Shown piece after piece: positions 1 through 9,934 of a stretch of DNA of 64,000 bases (the first letter of the stretch is position 1; each line of letters begins with the position of its first letter). Source of the DNA: an uncultured Cohaesibacter sp. (GTDB lineage: Bacteria > Pseudomonadota > Alphaproteobacteria > Rhizobiales > Cohaesibacteraceae); contig NZ_CAUVYE020000024.1 of assembly GCF_963556055.3 (NCBI RefSeq), forward strand, positions 10,513 to 74,512, given 5' to 3'. The notes under the pieces are model-generated. The model had not been told where the DNA came from and did no database searches. It saw only the letters and a program-made list of their open reading frames with translations. Position numbers and translations under genes: made by a program.

Positions 1-748
1 CACCGAGCGGGATAGACCAGATGGAGAATGGCTTGGAGTCCGGCCCCTTGGTGCGATCAAGAGTATTGTCGGAGTCTCTTGCATAAACGAGATCCTCCTC
101 TTCTTGATCATCCCAATCCTCTTCTTCCGGCTCGTCGGTCGCGTACAACTCTTCGGCCTTTGCCTTCTTGTGTGCTTTTCGCCCGCCGGATAGCAACGAG
201 CGGAAGCTGAGGTCGGCGGCGTTGAGGAGCAGAAGAAAGCCCATGCCAAATGTCACCACTCCGACAAGCACCGCCCAGATGCCTTGCATGAACCGGGCGT
301 CTATATCATTGATGATGGTCTTGAAGGCATCGCCCACCATGCCGCCAAGGCTCAGAGGCAAGGGCCAGCCCGAGGGAGCCGGAATGGTCGCGCAGGCGAT
401 GGACAACAGGCACAAGGCTACGAACCAGGCCATACCTCGTTGCCGGTTGAGGCCTGTGGGGCGCATCCGCACAAGACGCAAGAACCAGATTGCGGGCGGT
501 ATCAGCAAGAAGGCCGATGCGAGGCCGAATGCCTGAATGATGAGATCGGATATGATGGCCCCGGCTTGTCCCAGCATGTTGCGGGGGATGGTTTCCGTGG
601 CGTTTGAAAGACTGGGGTCCGAGACGCGCCAAGTCGCGAGGCTGATCAATACGGCACCACATAGCACAAGACCCAGCAGGCCGAAGCCTGCATAGGCATT
701 TCGACGCATTGCACGTTTGAGAGCACTGTCGCGATCTTGTCTTTTCAT
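1..748 (-). CDS. ftsK: DNA translocase FtsK, N-terminal membrane part (partial; gene continues past left edge)
   Basis: Absent from the ORF track because it has no stop codon inside the window. Manual minus-strand translation from the ATG at 748 gives MKRQDRDSALKRAMRRNAYAGFGLLGLVLCGAVLISLATWRVSDPSLSNATETIPRNMLGQAGAIISDLIIQAFGLASAFLL... It has several hydrophobic segments followed by an acidic linker (EPEEEDWDDQEEED). The frame stays open to base 2. It resembles the FtsK 4TM N-terminus by recollection. Confidence 0.75.
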   Translation of the reverse strand, partial: MKRQDRDSALKRAMRRNAYAGFGLLGLVLCGAVLISLATWRVSDPSLSNATETIPRNMLGQAGAIISDLIIQAFGLASAFLLIPPAIWFLRLVRMRPTGLNRQRGMAWFVALCLLSIACATIPAPSGWPLPLSLGGMVGDAFKTIINDIDARFMQGIWAVLVGVVTFGMGFLLLLNAADLSFRSLLSGGRKAHKKAKAEELYATDEPEEEDWDDQEEEDLVYARDSDNTLDRTKGPDSKPFSIWSIPLG

Positions 749-895
749 TGGTCCGCCTTTGCCGGGTGCGGCTCTATACTCGTCGAATGTGGTCATAATA
801 ACCTCATTTTCAGTTTCTTTCGCCCCAATTTCCCAATTCCTTGGCCATCCCGAAAAAAGCACCTCTGGATCCCAACAGGTTCCTCACAAGCGTGG

Positions 896-2098
896 TTAGC
901 CGATCAGGCAATCACGCAAGCGATGGAGCGCCTCTTGTGTTTCTTCCAGACTGCCAACCAGTGCGATCCGCAGGAAGCCGTCGCCGGGGTTGATGCCGTT
1001 CTTGTCTGCGCGGGCCAGATAGGAACCGGGGATGACCCGAACGCCAACATCGCGCCAGAGTTTTTGTGTTACGCTTTCATCATCACCGAACTTGGAGACA
1101 TCCAGCCACAGGAAAAAGCCTGCTGGTGGTGTCTCATAAGGCAAATCATTGCCAAGAATGCGGCGAGCCGCGTCAAATTTCTCGTTATAGAGACGGCGAT
1201 TTTCCTTCACATGCTCTTCATCCCGGAAGGCCGCGGCACCTGCTGCCTGCAAGGCCATGGAGACCTGCGGTGCAACCAGATTTCGGTATTTGATCCACTG
1301 GGTCATGAAGTCACCGTCGCCTGCGGCAAATCCGCAGCGCATACCCGCAAGATTGGAACGCTTGGAAAGGGAATGGAAGGTGATGACATTGCTGAGATCG
1401 CCTTCACAAGCCTGAAGAATACCGGGAGGAGGCGTTTCGCGATAAAGCTCGGAATAGCATTCGTCGGCGAGAATCAGGAAGTTGTGTTTGCGGGCAAGCC
1501 CGATCAGCTGTTTCCAGGTTTCGATATCGGCGATGTTGCCTTGCGGGTTGGCCGGAGAGGCATAGAAGAAGGCGATGGTGCGATCAAGCAGATCGGTGTC
1601 CTTTGACAAGTCATCAAGATCTGGCAGGAAGCCGGAATTTGCGGCACCATTGAGAAACACCGTTTCGGCTTCGATCGCGCGCGCGGCACCGATATAGGTG
1701 TGATAGAACGGGTTTGGCAGAAGAACAGCGGCGTTGCTGGTGTCCTTGCCGAAATGGGAACGAGCCCAGTCGCGCGCGCCAACACAGGCATGGAACAGGC
1801 CTTCACGCGTGCCGTTCAGTGGCACGATATTCCCGTCTGCCAGAGCCAGTCCGCCAAGATCATAGCGCCAGTTGAGCCAGTTTTCGACGGACTGGCGGAA
1901 CTCGTCCGTTCCCGTGATCGGCGGATAGGGGCGGAAATTGTGCGCATTCTGGTTTATGACATCCAATATGAAATCCGGGAAGGCGTGGCGCGGTTCGCCA
2001 ACCGTCATATTGAGAGGTTCTTTTTCCGGCTGGTTGGCCGGAACAACACCGTCCAGCAAGTCATTCAGTTTCTGGAATGGAGATCGATCATCTTTCAT
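896..2098 (-). CDS. PLP-dependent aminotransferase, class I/II (DapC/AlaC-like)
   Basis: 400-aa ORF. It carries GEPRHAFPDF, YPPITGTDEFRQSVENWLNWRY and the PLP-lysine motif HSLSKRSNLAGMRCGF, all typical of class I/II aminotransferases. Exact substrate cannot be told from sequence alone. Confidence 0.85.
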   Translation of the reverse strand: MKDDRSPFQKLNDLLDGVVPANQPEKEPLNMTVGEPRHAFPDFILDVINQNAHNFRPYPPITGTDEFRQSVENWLNWRYDLGGLALADGNIVPLNGTREGLFHACVGARDWARSHFGKDTSNAAVLLPNPFYHTYIGAARAIEAETVFLNGAANSGFLPDLDDLSKDTDLLDRTIAFFYASPANPQGNIADIETWKQLIGLARKHNFLILADECYSELYRETPPPGILQACEGDLSNVITFHSLSKRSNLAGMRCGFAAGDGDFMTQWIKYRNLVAPQVSMALQAAGAAAFRDEEHVKENRRLYNEKFDAARRILGNDLPYETPPAGFFLWLDVSKFGDDESVTQKLWRDVGVRVIPGSYLARADKNGINPGDGFLRIALVGSLEETQEALHRLRDCLIG

Positions 2099-2491
2099 TG
2101 GTGGATGAGGCCTTTCGGGAGCCTTGCAGTGTTGCGATTGTCGGGCCGCAGTTTAGTGCCATCTTGGTTAAAGCGGCTTTAACTCTTAAAATTCCCCTAA
2201 GACTTGGAAAAGAAATGAGGTCCGGTGAGTATCGGAACCTTGCAATTTCCTGTCAGCAGCCTCACTGGGAAAAGGAGCGATCGCGTTTTGGTTGATGTGA
2301 TTGACGGGATTTGTCCGCAATATGAATTGCGGGCGTCAAGCCCGAACTATTCCGGGCTTTCGCCTTCAAGCATGGTCGAAAGTGTGGTCGCCTGCAAGAG
2401 CCTGATGGCTGATCAAATATCCGATCTGAATGACTTTGAGGAATGCCCACCCCGCATCTGAAGCCGGGTGGGCGTTGCTTGGCTTTGCGCC

Positions 2492-5400
2492 CTAGACATT
2501 CCGGGCGAGATCTGAAAGCAGTCCGGCTGCAACCGAGAATTTGGCCACGGTCAGATCGTCGCTTTCGGTGATCGCCTCGACAGCCTTGAGCGTTCTGGCG
2601 ATGGCGTCTCCATCCTTGTCATTCCAGTTTTCGATTCCGCTCTTGGTCTTGCTGGCCAGACCGAGAATGTGGGATGTCATCTGATTATGAGCGGTGGACA
2701 ATGAAACGCGGATGCGATCCAGTGCAAGGCTTTCATAATAGTCCGAGACATCCAGCTCTTCGGCCAAGGCATCGATACGGCCAATCTTGAAGTAACCGGC
2801 AATGGTGTAATAGGCTTTTGCCGTTGCATCAAGCGACTGGCCGGTCTGTTCGGAAATCTGCACGATGTCCGGGATATGGGCCCAGAGGCTCAGATTTGCG
2901 ATGCGGCTTGCCAGTGCTTTGGGAACGCCGTTTGCCTCATAGCGCTGCTTGTCTTCATTCTGCTGATCCGTCAGATCCTGCGGCAGATATTTCTCCAGTT
3001 TGGTCGATAGCTTCTGGATGCCATTGCTATAGAGTGCGACGGTTTGCGAAATCGAGGCGGCAGCCGGGATATGTCGCATGAACCATTCGATTTCACTGAG
3101 CAGAAGTTTTTGAACCTCTTCATACAGTTCGAGTTGCAGCGCGCCGGGGATCTTGTTGTCCAGAACGTCGATGCTAGCATTGAGCTTGATCAGATCGAAG
3201 GAGTCCCGGACCATGATATAGGCGCGGGCGATTTCGGGGATCGATGCGCCGGTCTTGTCCGCGATGCGCGGGATCAGCGTCGCCCCACCCCTGTTGATCA
3301 TCGAGTTCGTGATCACGGTTGAAATGATTTCCCGACGCAGACGGTGAGACTTGATCTCCTCCTCATAGGTTTCCCGCATTTTCTCCGGGAAGTAGCGCAT
3401 GAGTTCCTGTTCCAGAAAATCGATATCGGGAAGGTCGCTGTGAAGCAGGTCTTCGTAGAGCGAATTTTTCGCATAGGCGAGCAGCACACCGATTTCCGCT
3501 CTGGTTAGGGGCTGTTTTTTCTTTCTTGCTTCCTTGATGGCTTCATTGTCTGGCAGGAACTCGACCGCGCGGTCTAGCTCGCCACTTTCTTCAAGGCTTT
3601 CCATCAGGCGGATCTGATAACCGAAATCCTCCATTCCCCGTTGCTCGCTAAGGGATATCGACAAGGTCTGGAGATAGTTGTTGCGCAAGACCAGATTAGC
3701 GACATTGTCGGTCATGTCCGAGAGCAGCGTGTTGCGGGCCGCAAGGTCCAGCTTGTTTGCCCGGATGGCTGCACCAAGGGCGATCTTGATGTTGACCTCC
3801 ATATCCGAGCTGTTGACGCCTGCGGAGTTATCGATAGCGTCGGAGTTGCAGCGACCGCCCAGATTGAGAAATTCGATGCGGGCCTGTTGGGTAACACCCA
3901 GATTCGCCCCCTCGCCGATGACCTTAACCCGAAGGTCTTTCGGGATGACACGGATTGCGTCATTGGCCCGATCGTCGGCGTCTGCATCGGTTTCGAAGCT
4001 GGCGCGGATATAGGTGCCGATACCACCGAACCAGAGCAGATCGACCGGGGCCATCAGAATGGCTTTCATCAATTCCTGAGGTGTCAGCTTGGTTTTGCTG
4101 ATACCGAGCGCTTCCTTTGCTTCCCTGGACAGCGAGATGGATTTTTCCGTGCGGGAGAAGATGCCGCCGCCCTTGGAAATCAGCTTGTCGTTATAGTCTC
4201 GCCAGGAAGATCGTCCCAGATCAAAGACCCGTTTGCGCTCTTTCCAGCTTGTGGCCGGATCAGGATCGGGATCGATGAAGATATCGCGATGGTCAAAGGC
4301 AGCAATCAGTCTGGTTTCCTTGGAGAGCAGCATGCCGTTGCCGAAGACATCGCCTGACATGTCGCCGACCCCAACGGTGGTGAAGCTCTCTGTCTGGATG
4401 TCGCGATCCATTTCCCGGAAGTGGCGCTTGACCGCTTCCCAGGCGCCGCGGGCGGTTATGCCCATTTTCTTGTGGTCATAGCCTGCCGAGCCGCCAGAGG
4501 CGAACGCATCGCCGAGCCAGAAATCATGATCTTCGGAGATGCTGTTGGCGATGTCGGAGAAGGTTGCCGTTCCCTTGTCTGCCGCGACGACGAGGTAAGG
4601 GTCATCATCATCGTGGCGAGTGACATTGACCGGTGGTACGATGGTCTGACCCTCGATATTGTCGGTAACATCGAGAAGGGCGGAAATGAAGAGCTTGTAG
4701 GACGCAATGCCTTCGGCCATGTAGGCCTCTCTGCCGCCCTCGGTGGGGAGATGCTTGGGAACGAAACCGCCCTTTGATCCGACAGGCACGATCACGGCAT
4801 TCTTGACCTGTTGGGCCTTGACCAGTCCCAGCACCTCGGTGCGGAAATCCTGTGGTCGGTCGGACCATCTCAGGCCGCCTCGGGCAACTTTGCCAAACCG
4901 CAAATGCAGACCCTCGACACGTGGACTATAGACAAAGATCTCGCGGAAAGGCCTCGGCTCGGGCATATCGTCCATGGCGCGCGGATCAAGCTTGAGGGAC
5001 AGGGTGGGCTTAAAATTGCCTTCCGTTGTCCGCTGGTAGAAGTTGGTGCGCAAGGTGGCCTTGATGACATTGTGGAACTTGCGCAGGATACGGTCATCGT
5101 CGAGATTTTCCACCTGCTCAAGCGCTGTCAGGAAGCCGTTCGAGAGGCGACTGCATTCCTGTTCCCGGTTCGACTGGGCTGGATCAAATCGCGCATGGAA
5201 GAGATGAATGATCAGTGCGGCCATGTCGGGATAGGTGTTCAGCGTAGCCCACATGTAATCCTGATCATAAGGTATCCGGATCTGACGCAGGTAACGGGAA
5301 ATGGTCCGCAGGATCGTGATGTCGCGCCAGGGAAGTTCAGCGGCCATGGCGAGACGGTTGTAGCCGTCATTCTCGGCTTCACCGTTCCATACCGCGATGA

Positions 5401-7423
5401 AGCATTCCTCAAGATCTTCCTGAACCTCTTTGAACGGGATTGCCTTGCCGGAGGCGCGTTCCAGATCCATGTCATGAAGCCAGAGTTTGGAGTTGCTGTC
5501 TTGCGGCACGATCTCATAGGAGCGTTCGTCAATGACGCGGAAGCCCATATTCTCGAGAATGGGAACCCGCTCCGATAGCGGGATGGGGGTGTTCTGGTGG
5601 AAGATCTTGAGCGAAATCTTGTGAACCTCTTCCATCTCGTCACGATAGAACTGGATCGCCGTATCAATGGTGCTGTTCATACTTTCCATGATGGATATGT
5701 CATGAAGAGCATCTTCTGGCGAGAAGGTGTCCCGGTAGGCATCGGAAAAGGCCGAGCAGTAGCGGTTGATATTTTGCGATGCACGCTTGACCGGGTATTT
5801 GCTGCGAATGACTTCGCAAAGGCTGTCGGTCCAGGTTCGAACAATCGCGTTGACGGCATCCTCGAGCTCGGTTTTCGATGGATTTGGCGTTTTTCCCTCG
5901 CTGCGTCCGATTATGTAATGGACACGGGCGAGCGGTCCGTCGGGGAATTCCGGATAGACGGCCGAAATCCGACCCTCATAGATCTTTTTGAGAAACGCTC
6001 CGATCCTGATGCGGGCGTTGGTGTCATAGCGGTCTCGCGGGACATAGACGAGGCAGGATACGAAGCGGTCGAACTTGTCGACGCGGGAAAGCACGCGCAC
6101 GCGTGGGCGCTGATGCAGGCGCAAAATTTCCTGGCCGTTCGCCAACAGCGTTTCGTTGTCGACTTGGAAAAGCTCGTCACGTGGATAGTTTTCAAAGACG
6201 TTGAGCAGGGCCTTGCCTGAATGGCCTGCCGGGTCTACGGCGGTGGCGTCAATGATGCTGGCGACCTTCCGTCTCAGGAAGGGGATGTTGGTGACAGAAC
6301 GGTTATAGGCCGTGTTGGTGAACAGGCCGACGATCCGCATTTCGCCTGTCAACTGGCCTTCATCGTCATATTGCTTGAGGCCGATATAGTCCATGTAGGT
6401 GCGGCGATGGACGGTTGTCTTGACGTTGGCCTTGGTGATGAACAATGGTTCGGGCCGCATCAGAAAATCGCGAATTTCAGGGGTCGTGGTGACCAGCTCG
6501 TTGCCGCGTCGCAGGACCCTTACCTCCGGGTTGCGCAACAGGCCGAGACCCGGTCTTTCGGTGCGTTTGAGATCACCTTCAGAGGAAGATCTGTCAAAGG
6601 AATATTCACGGATGCCCAGAAGCGTGAAATTGTTGTCGACCAGCCAGCGCAGGAACTCGACGGTTTCCTCGATGTCTTCCTGAGGAAGGGGAGGAGGCGT
6701 GATCTTGAGGATGGCAATGGTTTCTTCCAGACGCAGCAACATCGGTTTCCAGTCGCTGACAACGGCCGTGACATCATCGAGGATGGAACCGAGTTTCTGT
6801 TTCAGATCGGCCTTTTTGCTTTCGCTGGAAAAGCGGGAAACATGAACATGGATCAGACTCTCACGCTTCAGTTTCGGATCCATTTGCGTGTCGCGGCGGG
6901 TCTTCAGTGCGGTAAGCTTCTTGTCCTTGTCTCTCTGGAGATTCATGATCGGGTGCAGAACAAGGTGGATTTCCAGACCGGCATTCTGCAATTCGCCCAT
7001 GATGGAATCGACCAGAAACGGCTTGTTCACATTGTGAAGCTCGATGATCGATATCTGGTTGAGCATCGCTTCGGGATTGGCGGGGAATTTGGGATCCAGA
7101 ATATCGATGCGATGCTTGCCTTCGAAGTGATCAGCGAATTTGCCAAAGGTCTGATGTGCGATCTGTGCGATTTCTTCAGCGCAATAACAGGAAAGATCCT
7201 CTCGATCACCCTGATCAAAGAATTTCTCGAGAAACTCGGCTTCAAGCGGGCCGTTCTTTTCTGCCAGCTTTTTTGCCTGAGCAATTAGGTTTTCGTGAGT
7301 GTTTGCGGGTTCCGGTGCCATGGTTTCCTCCGGTGCGCTGCCGTCGCTTTGCTTCGCCTTGTCAGGGTTGTCGTAACCAGATATGTGGTCTTCGTGATCC
7401 CCAGTGGCAATCTGTTCATTCAC
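2492..7423 (-). CDS. gdhB: NAD-specific glutamate dehydrogenase, large (about 180 kDa) bacterial type
   Basis: Uninterrupted 1643-aa ORF. Its size and overall sequence match the large bacterial NAD-GDH family, including the central catalytic region ...GGLRWSDRPQDFRTEVLGLVKAQQVKNAVIVPVGSKGGF... Confidence 0.9.
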   Translation of the reverse strand: MNEQIATGDHEDHISGYDNPDKAKQSDGSAPEETMAPEPANTHENLIAQAKKLAEKNGPLEAEFLEKFFDQGDREDLSCYCAEEIAQIAHQTFGKFADHFEGKHRIDILDPKFPANPEAMLNQISIIELHNVNKPFLVDSIMGELQNAGLEIHLVLHPIMNLQRDKDKKLTALKTRRDTQMDPKLKRESLIHVHVSRFSSESKKADLKQKLGSILDDVTAVVSDWKPMLLRLEETIAILKITPPPLPQEDIEETVEFLRWLVDNNFTLLGIREYSFDRSSSEGDLKRTERPGLGLLRNPEVRVLRRGNELVTTTPEIRDFLMRPEPLFITKANVKTTVHRRTYMDYIGLKQYDDEGQLTGEMRIVGLFTNTAYNRSVTNIPFLRRKVASIIDATAVDPAGHSGKALLNVFENYPRDELFQVDNETLLANGQEILRLHQRPRVRVLSRVDKFDRFVSCLVYVPRDRYDTNARIRIGAFLKKIYEGRISAVYPEFPDGPLARVHYIIGRSEGKTPNPSKTELEDAVNAIVRTWTDSLCEVIRSKYPVKRASQNINRYCSAFSDAYRDTFSPEDALHDISIMESMNSTIDTAIQFYRDEMEEVHKISLKIFHQNTPIPLSERVPILENMGFRVIDERSYEIVPQDSNSKLWLHDMDLERASGKAIPFKEVQEDLEECFIAVWNGEAENDGYNRLAMAAELPWRDITILRTISRYLRQIRIPYDQDYMWATLNTYPDMAALIIHLFHARFDPAQSNREQECSRLSNGFLTALEQVENLDDDRILRKFHNVIKATLRTNFYQRTTEGNFKPTLSLKLDPRAMDDMPEPRPFREIFVYSPRVEGLHLRFGKVARGGLRWSDRPQDFRTEVLGLVKAQQVKNAVIVPVGSKGGFVPKHLPTEGGREAYMAEGIASYKLFISALLDVTDNIEGQTIVPPVNVTRHDDDDPYLVVAADKGTATFSDIANSISEDHDFWLGDAFASGGSAGYDHKKMGITARGAWEAVKRHFREMDRDIQTESFTTVGVGDMSGDVFGNGMLLSKETRLIAAFDHRDIFIDPDPDPATSWKERKRVFDLGRSSWRDYNDKLISKGGGIFSRTEKSISLSREAKEALGISKTKLTPQELMKAILMAPVDLLWFGGIGTYIRASFETDADADDRANDAIRVIPKDLRVKVIGEGANLGVTQQARIEFLNLGGRCNSDAIDNSAGVNSSDMEVNIKIALGAAIRANKLDLAARNTLLSDMTDNVANLVLRNNYLQTLSISLSEQRGMEDFGYQIRLMESLEESGELDRAVEFLPDNEAIKEARKKKQPLTRAEIGVLLAYAKNSLYEDLLHSDLPDIDFLEQELMRYFPEKMRETYEEEIKSHRLRREIISTVITNSMINRGGATLIPRIADKTGASIPEIARAYIMVRDSFDLIKLNASIDVLDNKIPGALQLELYEEVQKLLLSEIEWFMRHIPAAASISQTVALYSNGIQKLSTKLEKYLPQDLTDQQNEDKQRYEANGVPKALASRIANLSLWAHIPDIVQISEQTGQSLDATAKAYYTIAGYFKIGRIDALAEELDVSDYYESLALDRIRVSLSTAHNQMTSHILGLASKTKSGIENWNDKDGDAIARTLKAVEAITESDDLTVAKFSVAAGLLSDLARNV

Positions 7424-7558
7424 CCTAGGCTGAATTCTTTAAGGTCTTGTCAAAGATACGGTATAAACTTTCGTATAGAATCGGGCGCAATGAACAGGAT
7501 TTAAGTCCCACCTTTTCCAGTGTTGTGCGGCTCAGTGTGCCTGATCGGTCGGGTGCCT

Positions 7559-8485
7559 TCAGATTTCATCAGGGTGTTTGGCTTCACTTTTGCCAACACG
7601 GGATATCTTGCGGGACAGAGCGACGAAAGCGGCCGCTGTTGGCGAACTGTTATCTTTCAGAATGGCGGTTGCAATGGACACCTTGATATCGAGTGTCCTG
7701 AGCTGTTTGTAGCTGACATTGTCCAGACCCAGTTGGCGCATGCATTCGGGAACAAGGGATATGCCCTGCTCGGCAGACACCATGGCCATGATCGAGGTGA
7801 TTTGCGGTGCCGGTTGGCCCAGAATAGGTTCAAAACCGGCACGGCGGCACGTCGCGATTGCTGTGTCATGCAGGCTAAGGCCGATTGTCCGTGGCGTCAG
7901 GACCAGGGGTTCATTCTTGAGCGAAAGCAGATCGATTTCATCGCAGTCCGGTTGAGGATCGCGGGACTTGGGAATCGCTGCGATCAGGGCTTCCGATGAA
8001 AGAGGGTAGGTCAGAATTGAGCCTGGATCATTCACGTTTGGCCGCAATATCGCGATGTCAAGAGTTCCGTTGAGCAGGTCGTCACGCAGTTCTACCGAGT
8101 TGCCTTCTTCCAGTTTGAAAGTGACATCGGGGTGATCACGCCGAAAGGTGCGGATCAGACGAGACACGATCGGGTTGAGAAGAGAGGCTCCTGTGAAACC
8201 GAGATTGAGCGATCCGATTTCACCGCGTGCCGCGCGGCGCGCCACTTCGGTTGCCTCGTTCACTTTTGCGGGTATGGCCAACACGCGCTCGCGAAAGACT
8301 TCTCCGGCAGTCGTCAGTTCCGCGCCATGGGGAATGCGGTGAAACAGCTGGAAGCCAATTTCCTTTTCAAGATCCCGGATTTGTTGGCTCAGGGGCGGCT
8401 GGGCGATACCGATCTTTTCGGCCGCTCGTGTGAAATTTCCCTCTTCGGCGACGGCAAGAAAATATCGGATATGACGGAGTTCCAT
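7559..8485 (-). CDS. LysR-family transcriptional regulator
   Basis: 308-aa ORF starting MELRHIRYFLAVAEEGNFTRAAEKIGIAQPPLSQQIRDLEKEIG, the canonical LTTR winged-HTH. It lies divergent to the MFS transporter gene. Confidence 0.92.
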   Translation of the reverse strand: MELRHIRYFLAVAEEGNFTRAAEKIGIAQPPLSQQIRDLEKEIGFQLFHRIPHGAELTTAGEVFRERVLAIPAKVNEATEVARRAARGEIGSLNLGFTGASLLNPIVSRLIRTFRRDHPDVTFKLEEGNSVELRDDLLNGTLDIAILRPNVNDPGSILTYPLSSEALIAAIPKSRDPQPDCDEIDLLSLKNEPLVLTPRTIGLSLHDTAIATCRRAGFEPILGQPAPQITSIMAMVSAEQGISLVPECMRQLGLDNVSYKQLRTLDIKVSIATAILKDNSSPTAAAFVALSRKISRVGKSEAKHPDEI

Positions 8486-8589
8486 CGGTATATGTTTTTC
8501 ATATGAAGATTGCAGTTATCATATATTAGATAAATTACACCGAGTTGGCTATAGTCGCCACTCCTCTAAAGAAAAAGAATCTCAGGTAT

Positions 8590-8604
8590 GAGACCATGAC
8601 AACG
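8590..8604. promoter_or_regulatory. Candidate LTTR box (T-N11-A type inverted repeat ATATG-N5-CATAT)
   Basis: ATATGTTTTTCATAT has perfect 5-bp inverted arms. It lies in the 110-bp divergent LysR/MFS intergenic region. This is a motif match only. Confidence 0.35.
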
Positions 8605-9837
8605 ACTATTTCCGAAAATGGCGAGTTTGCTGACGACTATGAAAGCGACATCGCTCCCTATGTGCAGGCGGGCAGTGCCGAATTTTATCGCATTGCGGTT
8701 TCTTTCTTCTTCGCCGGTTTCTCTACCTTTGTCCTGATTTATTGTGTGCAGCCATTGCTGCCGCTGTTCGCCGAGCATTATCATGTGATGGCGGCCACCA
8801 GTTCCTTGCCTCTGTCTCTGACCCTCGGATGTCTAGCCTGCTCGATCATGGTGATGGGTGCCCTGTCGCAACAGATCGGACGCAAGAATCTGATGCTGTT
8901 TTCAATGTTTTCAGCGGCCATTCTCAATCTGATTGCCTCGATTGCACCTGACTGGAACACCCTTTTGCTGGCCCGGGCGCTGGAAGGATTTTCATTGGGT
9001 GGCTTGCCCGCGGTAGCCATGGCCTATCTGGCGGAGGAAATCGAGCGAAAGGACTTGCCCAAGGCGATGGGTATCTACATCGCAGGAACGGCCTTCGGGG
9101 CGATGCTCGGCCGTGTCGGCATGGGGACGCTGACCGAATTTGTCACCTGGCAACAGGCGATGGAAATTCTTGGCGTGCTCTGTCTGATTTCAGCCTGTGC
9201 CTTTGCCTTTCTGCTGCCGCCCTCGCGCCATTTTCACAAAACCCGCAATGTCGGTGTCCGTTTCCATTTGCAGACATGGCTGGGGCATTTAAAAAACCCG
9301 TCACTGCAAAGAGTTTATGCGCTGGGCTTCTGTCTGATCGGTGTCTTTTCGACGATTTATAACTATCTGTCGTTTCGCCTGTTTGCCGAGCCCTACAATA
9401 TGGGACCGTTTCAGGTGAGCCTGATATTCCTGCTCTTTCTGCTCGGAACGGTTTCCTCTTCCTATACAGGGGCTTTCATCAACCGGATTGGTTCCAAGCC
9501 CCTGCTGATCGTGTCTTTTCTGTTCATCTTCTTTGGTGTCCTGATCACACAAGCCGAACCGCTTTTCCTGATCTGCGTCGGTATTGCCATGACCACAATC
9601 GGATTCTTCGTTGGCCATTCGGTGGCAAGCGGTCTTGTTGGGTTGCTGGCCAAAGGCAATAATGGCCATGCGTCGTCTCTTTATCTGCTGTTCTATTATA
9701 TGGGCGCGAGCATCATCGGCTATCTCGGTGGCTGGTTCTGGCATTTTGGCCGCTGGCCCGGCCTTTCGATCCTGACCTGTGCGATCTCGCTTCTGGCCGT
9801 TTACATTTCGGCACGTCTGAAAATCTCCCGGACCTGA
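8596..9837 (+). CDS. MFS transporter (YnfM-like)
   Basis: Multi-TM ORF (track 8545..9837). ATG 8596 (MTTTISENGE...) is the preferred start and TTG 8545 is also possible. It has 12-TM-like hydrophobic periodicity and is paired with the divergent LysR gene. Confidence 0.85.
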   Translation: MTTTISENGEFADDYESDIAPYVQAGSAEFYRIAVSFFFAGFSTFVLIYCVQPLLPLFAEHYHVMAATSSLPLSLTLGCLACSIMVMGALSQQIGRKNLMLFSMFSAAILNLIASIAPDWNTLLLARALEGFSLGGLPAVAMAYLAEEIERKDLPKAMGIYIAGTAFGAMLGRVGMGTLTEFVTWQQAMEILGVLCLISACAFAFLLPPSRHFHKTRNVGVRFHLQTWLGHLKNPSLQRVYALGFCLIGVFSTIYNYLSFRLFAEPYNMGPFQVSLIFLLFLLGTVSSSYTGAFINRIGSKPLLIVSFLFIFFGVLITQAEPLFLICVGIAMTTIGFFVGHSVASGLVGLLAKGNNGHASSLYLLFYYMGASIIGYLGGWFWHFGRWPGLSILTCAISLLAVYISARLKISRT

Positions 9838-9934
9838 CCATTTTTGCTTGTCAGCTGGCATGAATAATGAAAAAGCCGGATGGTCTCCCATCCGGCTTTT
9901 CAGTATGCAGACTTCAGTCTCGCAGTCGAGCGAT

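Noticed and set aside
28-662. Plus- and minus-strand track ORFs at the left edge (28..210, 168..536, 284..607, 306..662).
   Set aside because: They overlap the ftsK N-terminal coding frame, which has no in-window stop and is therefore missing from the track. Their translations look non-protein-like.
2225-2461. A 78-aa plus-strand ORF (and an overlapping 62-aa minus ORF) in the gap between the aminotransferase and gdh genes.
   Set aside because: It has no RBS, no recognisable family, and contains hairpin-forming sequence. It is more likely the 3' UTR or terminator region of gdh together with the aminotransferase promoter.
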